A stretch of 34,032 nucleotides of DNA, taken from assembly GCA_018700655.1 (NCBI GenBank), contig JABIUG010000525.1, positions 1 through 34,032 on the forward strand. The letters run 5' to 3'. The number at the start of each line of letters is the position of its first letter. Position 1 is the stretch's first letter. Below, piece by piece: positions 27,119 through 34,032 of this stretch. The stretch is from Rhodospirillaceae bacterium. GTDB taxonomy: Bacteria; Pseudomonadota; Alphaproteobacteria; SP197. Below the pieces are notes generated by a model. It worked only from the letters and a program-made list of their open reading frames with translations. It was not told the origin of the DNA and made no database searches. The position numbers were made by a program, and so were the translations under genes.

Positions 27119-27877
27119 TCAGTTGCCGCGCCGCGAAAGAACCTCATGCAGCTTGGTCGACGGTTCATCCGTCCCGTGGGCTTCGCGGAACGCATCGACA
27201 CCGGCTTCGATCGCCTCGTCAACAAACGAGCTCTCCCAACGGCGCATCAGTGTCTTCTGCGCACGGATCGCGCGAGGCCCGGCCTTCAGGATCGCGGCAG
27301 TCCACACCATTACGGCATCGTCAAGCCTGGCTGATGACGTAACCTTCTCGACGAGGCCCGCCTGCAGGGCTTCGTCGGCGGTCAGGCTCTTGCCTGTGTA
27401 AAGGAACTCACAGGCACGCCCCCATCCCATCAGGCGCGGCAGCAGCGCGGCCTCGATCACCGAGGGGATACCGATCTGGACTTCCGGCATGGCAAAACTC
27501 GAACGTTCCGATGCAGCGCGCATGTCGCAGCTTGCGGCCAGTTCGAGCGCGCCACCCAGACAGGGTCCATCAATTTTGGCGATCACCGGAACCGGACAAT
27601 CGCGCACTGCCTGACAGGCACCATGGAGCAGGCGGATAAATTCCTCGGCATTGTCCACGTTGAGGCCGTTCAACTCGGCAACATCGGCGCCGGCTGAAAA
27701 TGCGCGCCCTGCACCCGACAGCACAACGCACCGTGCGTCTTCATCGGCGGCAAGTTCGACGAAGGTTGCCGTCAGGTCCTCGATCAGATTTCGCGACAGG
27801 GCATTCAGCTTCTCAGGGCGTTGCAGCACGACATGCGCGACACCTCCGCTATTTTCTCGTTTTACTTGCGGCTCCAT
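27119..27877 (-). CDS. enoyl-CoA hydratase/isomerase (crotonase) family protein
   Basis: The ATG at 27877 is preceded by GGGAGGAAGG and gives 252 aa. Crotonase motifs are VVLSGAGRAFSAGADV and GPCLGGALELAASCDMR. The track ORF extends to 28048 with no support. Confidence 0.88.
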   Translation of the reverse strand: MEPQVKRENSGGVAHVVLQRPEKLNALSRNLIEDLTATFVELAADEDARCVVLSGAGRAFSAGADVAELNGLNVDNAEEFIRLLHGACQAVRDCPVPVIAKIDGPCLGGALELAASCDMRAASERSSFAMPEVQIGIPSVIEAALLPRLMGWGRACEFLYTGKSLTADEALQAGLVEKVTSSARLDDAVMVWTAAILKAGPRAIRAQKTLMRRWESSFVDEAIEAGVDAFREAHGTDEPSTKLHEVLSRRGN

Positions 27878-27946
27878 GCCTTCCTCCCTGCTCCTGAATG
27901 CATAGAATGACCGGCGACAACACCAGACACCAGCGGAGAGAACATC

Positions 27947-28672
27947 ATGGGACGGGTTGCATTGGTTACAGGCGCATCGCGCGGCCTTGGGCGCGGCGTC
28001 GCCAAAGCCCTGGCCGAAGCCGGATATACGGTTGCCGCCAACTACCACAGCAACGATGAGGCAGCGGCCTTACTGACGGCCGAAACCGGCGTCAGAACCT
28101 ATAAATGGGATGTGGGCGACTATGAGGCCTCCAAGGCCGGCGTTGCTGAAGTCGTCGCCGAACTCGGGCCGGTCGAAGTGCTGGTCAACAATGCCGGGAT
28201 TTCACCCGACAAGTTCTTCCACAAGATGAGCCCTGAACTCTGGAATCAGGTGATCGACACCAACCTCAACTCGTTCTTCAACGTCACCCATCAGGTGATC
28301 GGGCCTATGCGCAATGCCGGCTTCGGGCGCATCGTCAACATGGCCTCGCTCTCGGCCTTTGCTCCCAACTACGGCGAAACCTCCTATGGCGCGGCCAAGG
28401 GCGCGATGGTTTCGCTCACCAAGGCGCTCGCCAAGGAGAGCATTGCCAAGGGCATCACGGTCAATGCCGTGGCGCCGGGTTACTGCGACACCGATATGGT
28501 TCGTGTCGCGCCCCAGGACTGGCTCGACAACCTCGCCGCCAACGTCATTCCCGCCGGCCGTCTGGGCACGGTCGAGGAGGTCGCCCGTTGTGTGATGTTC
28601 CTTGTCGCTGAGGAATCCGGCTTCATCACCGGTGCGACCCTTGACGTCAACGGCGGCCAACTGATGCGCTGA
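27947..28672 (+). CDS. SDR oxidoreductase, acetoacetyl-CoA reductase (PhaB)-like
   Basis: 241 aa. TGASRGLG, NNAG and S...YGAAK catalytic set. The PhaB-like stretch is FHKMSPELWNQVIDTNLNSFFNVT. It is divergent from the crotonase gene. Confidence 0.85.
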   Translation: MGRVALVTGASRGLGRGVAKALAEAGYTVAANYHSNDEAAALLTAETGVRTYKWDVGDYEASKAGVAEVVAELGPVEVLVNNAGISPDKFFHKMSPELWNQVIDTNLNSFFNVTHQVIGPMRNAGFGRIVNMASLSAFAPNYGETSYGAAKGAMVSLTKALAKESIAKGITVNAVAPGYCDTDMVRVAPQDWLDNLAANVIPAGRLGTVEEVARCVMFLVAEESGFITGATLDVNGGQLMR

Positions 28673-28680
28673 TCGCAGCG

Positions 28681-30321
28681 ATGGAACCGCCGCGCCCGAT
28701 CATGGTGCTGGGCGCGACCGGTGTCTTTGGCAGCCGCGTGTGCCGCCTCCTGCTGATGGGTGGCGCTGCGGTCGTGGCCGTCGCGCGCGATGCCGAACGG
28801 CTTGATGCGTTGGCCGGTGATCTGGCGCCGCTCGGAGCCATGCAAGCAGCTCCCGCGGCCTTGCCCGAAGCTCTGCCCGGTTTGCTCCTGGAACATCGCC
28901 CACGCGTCGTGATCGATACTGCGGGTCCTTTCCAGGAGAGCGATCACGGCCACGCCCGGCTTTGTCTCGAGCATGGCATCGCTTATCTCGATCTCTCCGA
29001 TGGCCGCGCCCATGTTGCCTCGATCGGCGAGCTCGATGCCCTGGCGCGCAAGGCCGGCGTTCCCGTTCTCTCGGGCGTCAGCACCCTTTGTGCTCTTTCT
29101 TCAGCCGTGATTGCAGATTTCGGCAAAGCATTTACGAGTTTCGACGCCATCGAGATTGCCGTTGCACCGGGCAACGATGCCCCGCGCGGACCCGCTGTAA
29201 CACGCGCCGTACTCACCTGGGTCGGACGCCCTGTTCCTGTCTGGGACCACGACCGCCAGATCAATCTTCCCGGTTGGAGCGGTTTGTGCCGGCGAACAAT
29301 CGGTTCCCTGGGCAAACGATGGCTGGCGGTCTGTGACGTTCCTGATCACACGCTCCTCCCAGATCACACCGGGGCCCGGCATGTGCACGTTCGCGCAGGC
29401 ATGGAGCTTGGTCTGATCCATCTCGGACTCTGGCTGCTCTCCTGGTTGGTCCGCTGGCGATTGATGACCAGCCTGCTGTCCCTGGCACCCATGCTGCAAC
29501 ACCTGGCGGTGGTCCTGCGCCCCTTCGGCAGCGACACCGGCGGCATGGTCGTCGAGCTCACCGGTGCCGGCCTTGATGGTCGCCCCCTTCGACGCCGCTG
29601 GACCCTGGAAGCGCGGCAGGGCGACGGGCCGATGACTCCTGCAGCTCCTGCCGCAGCGCTGGCGCTTGCCATGCTCAAGGGCGAGACACCACCAGCCGGA
29701 GCGAGACCGTGCCTCAACGAGATCGGCCTTGATGCCATCCTTGGGGTTCTGTCGCCCTTTGCCATCACGACCCACACCACCGAAGAACGCCCTTTCCCAC
29801 TCTACCGCCACGCCATGGGTGCGGCTTTCGAGACCATGCCCGAACCGGTCCGGGCCATGCATGATCGCGTCACGTCCTATTCGGCATCGGGGCGCTCCAG
29901 CGTGGTAGTGGCAAAGAACCCCATTGCACGGTTGCTGTCGTTTCTCAGTGTCCTCCCGAAATCTGGCGAAAATGTCGCAACCACGGTGACCTTCACCCTC
30001 CAGGGCAGTCGCGAACGCTGGCACCGGCGCTTCGGAGATTTCGGCCGCAGTTCTGTTCTGGGCTGGCCTGCGGACGGCGATATATGGGAACGTTTAGGCC
30101 CCCTGTCCGGTCGCGCGCAACTGGTCGCCCGCGAAGACGGCCTCGACATGGTGATCACAGGCTTTCGTTTCCTCGGGCTGCCATTGCCGCGTTTCCTCTG
30201 GCTGAACGCCTGGGGCAGGGAACGGGTCGACGATGCCGGCCGCTTTGCCTTCGACGTCGGGATCGGCCTGCCGTTTGGCATCGGGCTTGTCACCTATCGT
30301 GGCTGGCTGTCGATCGACTGA
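28681..30321 (+). CDS. saccharopine-dehydrogenase-like NAD(P)-binding domain fused to a DUF4166-like C-terminal domain
   Basis: 546 aa. Rossmann VLGATGVFGSRV at the N-terminus, two hydrophobic segments mid-protein, and a C-terminal ...ERWHRRFGDF...LDMVITGFRFLGLPLPRF pattern. The family name is from memory. Confidence 0.65.
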   Translation: MEPPRPIMVLGATGVFGSRVCRLLLMGGAAVVAVARDAERLDALAGDLAPLGAMQAAPAALPEALPGLLLEHRPRVVIDTAGPFQESDHGHARLCLEHGIAYLDLSDGRAHVASIGELDALARKAGVPVLSGVSTLCALSSAVIADFGKAFTSFDAIEIAVAPGNDAPRGPAVTRAVLTWVGRPVPVWDHDRQINLPGWSGLCRRTIGSLGKRWLAVCDVPDHTLLPDHTGARHVHVRAGMELGLIHLGLWLLSWLVRWRLMTSLLSLAPMLQHLAVVLRPFGSDTGGMVVELTGAGLDGRPLRRRWTLEARQGDGPMTPAAPAAALALAMLKGETPPAGARPCLNEIGLDAILGVLSPFAITTHTTEERPFPLYRHAMGAAFETMPEPVRAMHDRVTSYSASGRSSVVVAKNPIARLLSFLSVLPKSGENVATTVTFTLQGSRERWHRRFGDFGRSSVLGWPADGDIWERLGPLSGRAQLVAREDGLDMVITGFRFLGLPLPRFLWLNAWGRERVDDAGRFAFDVGIGLPFGIGLVTYRGWLSID

Positions 30322-30324
30322 CCT

Positions 30325-31140
30325 TCACCACTGCTCTGCAACAAGCGGATCGGTCGCTTCAACCACCCAGCCCTCGCGTGCAACCAGCGCATCCAGGTTT
30401 GCCTGACGATCGTCGAGATCCGGGTGGTTCTGCATGAACGAGGGTAAATCATCAGAGCCAAGTGCAGCGGCGCGCAAGGTATCAAGCGCTTCGACGTAAC
30501 CGCCGGCGTGTCCATAGTGCGTAACCAGTGTTTTCAGACCGTCGGCATCGGCTTCACTCTCGCGTTCCCTGCTGAATTGCAGAACCACCAGGCCGCCCCC
30601 GCCCGCGATAACGGATTCGACCGAACCCGACTCACCCGAAAGGACGAACATCCCAAGGGCCAGCATCGCGCCACTCCCCATGGAACGCATGACGTCCCGA
30701 TTTTCGATATGGCCGACTTCGTGGCCCACGACCCATGCCAGAGCCTGTTCGCTGGGCAATGCTTCCAGCATTGCCCCGGGTCACGACCAGATAACCACCC
30801 GAGGTCGCGTAGGCATTGACGCCCCGTGCTCGAGCACAACGGCCTTGATCGTCATGTCATCGGGTAACCCGGCCGCATGGGAAAGGTCATCGACCAGTTC
30901 CTGCAGGCGCGCTGACCCTGAAACCTCGGCGCCGTGGATGACCGCCGCGAAGGGTCCTGCCATCGCACGTTCCCAGGAAAAGGGGATCAGCGGTGCAAGC
31001 AGGCCACCCAGAAGCATCAGCCCGCCGATGATCGCGATGCCCAGCGCGACCACGCTGGTGCCCAACATCACCAGATCGCGCAGCGGACGCCCACGTCCGC
31101 CGTTGATACCTTCCGGAATCTTCGGATTTCTGTAGGTCAC
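30325..31140 (-). pseudogene. M48 family zinc metallopeptidase, interrupted by a compensated double frameshift with an in-frame TGA
   Basis: The track ORFs 30781..31140 (TM N-terminus) and 30325..30771 (HEVGH zinc motif in VVGHEVGHIENRD) are in the same frame, separated by a TGA at 30781-30783. Between about 30777 and 30822 the conserved M48 segment VNAYATSGGYLVVTRG is readable only in a different frame. Both junctions lie at G/C runs. Confidence 0.75.
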
Positions 31141-31604
31141 TGACCCGGGTTCACGCCCCAGACCGCCGTGCCATAGGCCAGGACCTCAACCGATCCCGCA
31201 CGCCTGTCGTCGAAGAAGACCCGTGACGTCTCCAGCTTCACATTCACGATATGGCTGGCGCCAAGTTCTCTAGCCTGCTGCTTCATGCGCAACACCGCTT
31301 CACGACGTGAACGTTCGACCAGGGATTCATAAGCATCGATCTGGCCGCCCACGAGACCGCGCAGATAGGCCAGGAACCGCTTGAAGTAGTCGATCGAAAT
31401 CACGGCATTGCCGCTTACCAGTGACCCGCCTGCAGATGGGGGAGCATGACGCGTGGCAAAAACCAGGAGGCTGCGCAGTTCCTCTTCCCGACGCCGGATC
31501 GAGGCATAGTGCCTCTTCTCGTTGATCTGGCCGATAACGTAGCCAACGAGAAGCAGCAGCACGAAGAAGCCGAAGACGCCCAAGTCGGCAATCCACTCGA
31601 GCAT
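31137..31604 (-). CDS. membrane-anchored YbjQ/UPF0145-family protein
   Basis: 155 aa. N-terminal TM (LGVFGFFVLLLLVGYVIG) followed by YbjQ-like VSGNAVISIDYFKRFLAYLRGLVGGQI...GASHIVNVKLE...VEVLAYGTAV. Its stop overlaps the M48 GTG start (GTGA). Confidence 0.75.
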   Translation of the reverse strand: MLEWIADLGVFGFFVLLLLVGYVIGQINEKRHYASIRRREEELRSLLVFATRHAPPSAGGSLVSGNAVISIDYFKRFLAYLRGLVGGQIDAYESLVERSRREAVLRMKQQARELGASHIVNVKLETSRVFFDDRRAGSVEVLAYGTAVWGVNPGQ

Positions 31605-31607
31605 GAT

Positions 31608-31931
31608 CTAGGCCACGTCTTCAACGACCACGGCGGTACCATAGGCCATGAGTTCGGCCGACCCCTGAGAGATCGTGGAGGTCGAGAAGCGCACATTCAG
31701 AACTGCGTTGGCGCCGACGGCCTCGGCCTCCTTCACCATGCGCTGCACCGCAAGATCGCGCGACTCGGTCAGCAATTCGGTGTAGCCCACGAGCTCACCG
31801 CCAACGATGTTCTTCAGTCCGGCCATCAGATCGCGGCCGATATGTTTGGCGCGCACCGTGTTGCCGTTGACCAGCCCCAGATGGCTGACGACACGTTTGC
31901 CTGGAATGTCTTCGATGTTGCTCAGGATCAT
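31608..31931 (-). CDS. YbjQ/UPF0145-family protein (soluble)
   Basis: The ATG at 31931 has a GAGGAA RBS and gives 107 aa. The sequence is LGLVNGNTVRAKHIGRDLMAGLKNIVGGELVGYTELLTESRDLAVQRM...GANAVLNVRF...ELMAYGTAV. The track ORF (32003) is over-extended. Confidence 0.85.
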   Translation of the reverse strand: MILSNIEDIPGKRVVSHLGLVNGNTVRAKHIGRDLMAGLKNIVGGELVGYTELLTESRDLAVQRMVKEAEAVGANAVLNVRFSTSTISQGSAELMAYGTAVVVEDVA

Positions 31932-32018
31932 CGGCGGTTTCCTCGACCATTCGGTGGAACCGCAACTATACACCCTCGGTTGCGGTCGCCAATGCGACGG
32001 CAAGGACGCCCGCAGGCT

Positions 32019-33935
32019 TCAGGCAGGATCGGCAGATGCGGAATCGTCGGGAGCAGTTTCGGTCGGGCCGGTGTTGTCGGACATGCCGCCGTTCGATGCA
32101 TCGAACTGCAGTTCTGCCAATCTGGCGTAGAGGCCACCAGCCGATACCAGGTCGTCATGGCGTCCCTGTTCGACAATCCGGCCCTGTTCGAACACCAGAA
32201 TGCGGTCAGATTTCAGGATCGTCGCCAGACGATGGGCAATCACCAGCGTCGTGCGCCCTTCCATCAGACGTTCCAGCGCCCGTTGCACCATGTGTTCACT
32301 TTCGGCATCAAGCGCACTGGTCGCCTCATCAAGCAACAGGATCGGCGCGTCCTTGAGGATGGCGCGCGCAATCGCAACGCGCTGGCGTTGGCCGCCTGAA
32401 AGCCTGGCGCCGCGTTCACCGACAAAGGTCTCAAACCGTTCAGGCAGGCACTCGATGAATTCCGTGGCGAAGGCGGCATCCGCCGCAGCGCGAACCTCCC
32501 GGTCATTCGCACCCGGCCTGCCGTAGCGAATGTTGTCGGCAATCGAAGCACCAAAGATCACCGGCTCCTGGGGAACCAGCGCCATGCGCTCGCGCAACAT
32601 GTCGAGCGAGGCATTCCGGACGTTGACCCCGTCGATCGCGATCGTGCCTTCTTCGGGGTCATGGAAGCGCAACAACAGACGGAACAGGGTGCTCTTGCCA
32701 GCACCCGAGGGGCCGACAAGCGCCACCGTCTCACCAGCGGCAACCTCGAACGAGACACCATCGATTGTCGCCTCGTCGGGTCTTGCCGGGTAATGGAAGA
32801 TGACATCAGCGACCGATACCGTTCCAGGCGACGGCCTTGGCAGGCGTTCAGGCAGACGGGGGGAACGAATCTCGGGCTCACTTGCGAGCAGTTCGCTCAG
32901 CCTTTCAGCAGCACCGGCAGCGCGTTGCAGATCGCCATAGACTTCGCTGATGGCCCCGACCGATCCGGCGACCACAACGGCGTAAAACACGAAGGCCGCA
33001 AGGTCGCCGCCGCTGATGCGTCCCGAAAGCACATCGTGCCCGCCCATCCAGAGCACACCGCCGATGCCACCAAAGGCCAACAGGATGACCGATGCAGTCA
33101 GGAAGGCGCGTGCACGTATCCGCTCCACAGCGGTATCGAAGGCGTCTTCAACGGTTTCGGCGAATCGTTCACCTTCAAAGCCCTCGCGCACGAAGGCCTG
33201 AACCGTGGGGATGGCATTCAATGTCTCATCGACTCGGTGGCCGACATCGGCAATACGGTCTTGCGACAGGCGCGAGAGTTTGCGCACCTTGCGTCCGAAC
33301 ACCAGAATCGGCACCAGAACGACCGGCACCAGAAGAATCACGAACGCCGATAACTTGAAGCTGGTCACCATCAGCATGACCAGGCCACCGATCAGGAGCA
33401 GAACATTGCGCAGGGCCATCGAAAGGCTCGAACCCACGACAGTCTGGAGAACCGAAGTATCGGTCGTCAGGCGCGAGAGCACCTCGCCGGTCCTGGTGAT
33501 CTCGAAAAAGGACGGCGGCAGGGCGATGACGCGCTCAAACACATCACGCCTGAGATCGGCGACGACGCGCTCACCGATCCACGACACCAGATAAAACCGT
33601 GCAAAACTGGCACAAGCCAGCATCACGACGATCGCGATCAGGGCAAACAAGGCGCTATCGAGCAAATCGGTGTTGCCCCGCGACAGGCCGTAATCGATCA
33701 GGGTACGCAGCCCCGCACCCATCCCCAGCACGGTGAATGCCGCGATGAACAGGGCGACCAGGGCACCTGCAATCTGTTTCTTGTAGGGCAGTAGATAGGG
33801 CGCCAGGCGTCGCAGATGCGTAAAATCACGGCTGCGCGCACGTTCGCTCGCACCATCCTGGGGGCCGTTTTCCGGCGTCTTTCGTCTGGGCTTCAACACG
33901 GTCGCTGCTATATCAGTGGCTGGATGTGCCAACAA
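32019..33935 (-). CDS. ABC exporter, fused permease/ATPase (ABCB/MsbA-like half transporter)
   Basis: 638 aa. Six-TM N-terminal domain, then Walker A GPSGAGKST, signature LSGGQRQR and Walker B ILLLDEATSALD. The start (TTG at 33935) is uncertain. Confidence 0.92.
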   Translation of the reverse strand: MLAHPATDIAATVLKPRRKTPENGPQDGASERARSRDFTHLRRLAPYLLPYKKQIAGALVALFIAAFTVLGMGAGLRTLIDYGLSRGNTDLLDSALFALIAIVVMLACASFARFYLVSWIGERVVADLRRDVFERVIALPPSFFEITRTGEVLSRLTTDTSVLQTVVGSSLSMALRNVLLLIGGLVMLMVTSFKLSAFVILLVPVVLVPILVFGRKVRKLSRLSQDRIADVGHRVDETLNAIPTVQAFVREGFEGERFAETVEDAFDTAVERIRARAFLTASVILLAFGGIGGVLWMGGHDVLSGRISGGDLAAFVFYAVVVAGSVGAISEVYGDLQRAAGAAERLSELLASEPEIRSPRLPERLPRPSPGTVSVADVIFHYPARPDEATIDGVSFEVAAGETVALVGPSGAGKSTLFRLLLRFHDPEEGTIAIDGVNVRNASLDMLRERMALVPQEPVIFGASIADNIRYGRPGANDREVRAAADAAFATEFIECLPERFETFVGERGARLSGGQRQRVAIARAILKDAPILLLDEATSALDAESEHMVQRALERLMEGRTTLVIAHRLATILKSDRILVFEQGRIVEQGRHDDLVSAGGLYARLAELQFDASNGGMSDNTGPTETAPDDSASADPA

Positions 33936-34003
33936 GCAATGCGCGGGCTTGCGCCGGGCGCGGCGCTCGACTATAACGCGCGCCTCATTTCCGGAGCCGC
34001 GTC

Positions 34004-34032
34004 ATGAAAAGCGACATCCATCCCGACTATCA
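34004..34032 (+). CDS. rpmE: 50S ribosomal protein L31, 5' fragment (continues past the right edge)
   Basis: The ATG at 34004 is preceded by GGAG. MKSDIHPDY is the canonical L31 N-terminus. Confidence 0.8.

Noticed and set aside
1-34032. Search for CRISPR arrays, IS elements, integrases, phage genes, tRNA or rRNA genes
   Set aside because: I saw no regularly spaced repeats of CRISPR type, no transposase/integrase/recombinase-like translation in any listed ORF, and no terminal inverted repeats around the accessory block. This was inspection by eye only and not exhaustive.

Overview
GC-rich chromosomal segment whose gene order looks alphaproteobacterial. I found no transposase, integrase, phage gene, CRISPR array, tRNA or rRNA. 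The backbone is housekeeping. On the minus strand: DUF4164-like, zapA, a putative 6S RNA, and 5-formyl-THF cyclo-ligase. On the plus strand: tkt, gap, pgk, class I fba, a ThiE-like gene, efp and a suhB-like gene. rpmE starts at the right edge. Several less ordinary blocks are embedded in this backbone. (1) A roughly 4.4 kb block sits between pgk and fba. It encodes an unknown 341-aa protein, an aromatic-amino-acid-lyase homologue whose MIO-forming Ala-Ser-Gly triad reads Gly-Pro-Gly, and a translationally coupled UbiD-family decarboxylase, plus a divergent small ORF. No UbiX gene is present in the window. I consider this the best candidate for an undescribed system. (2) A non-flagellar envelope module lies at 15801-19599. 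It has an acidic Pro/Glu-rich OmpA-domain protein, a MotA/ExbB-type channel protein with a helical tail, and a MotB-like protein with a very long coiled coil and an OmpA domain. (3) A hydrolase cluster contains a large DUF3604/PHP-like protein divergent from an M81 MlrC-like peptidase and an S15 CocE/NonD hydrolase, with a second CocE/NonD paralogue at the left edge. (4) A minus-strand operon encodes an ABC exporter, YbjQ, a TM-anchored YbjQ and an M48 peptidase. The M48 gene carries a compensated double frameshift. Two genes are frame-disrupted at short G/C runs, which could be real pseudogenes or indel sequencing errors. The ThiE-like gene has no canonical start codon upstream of its conserved N-terminus. 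All family calls rest on reading motifs in the translations. No database search was run.
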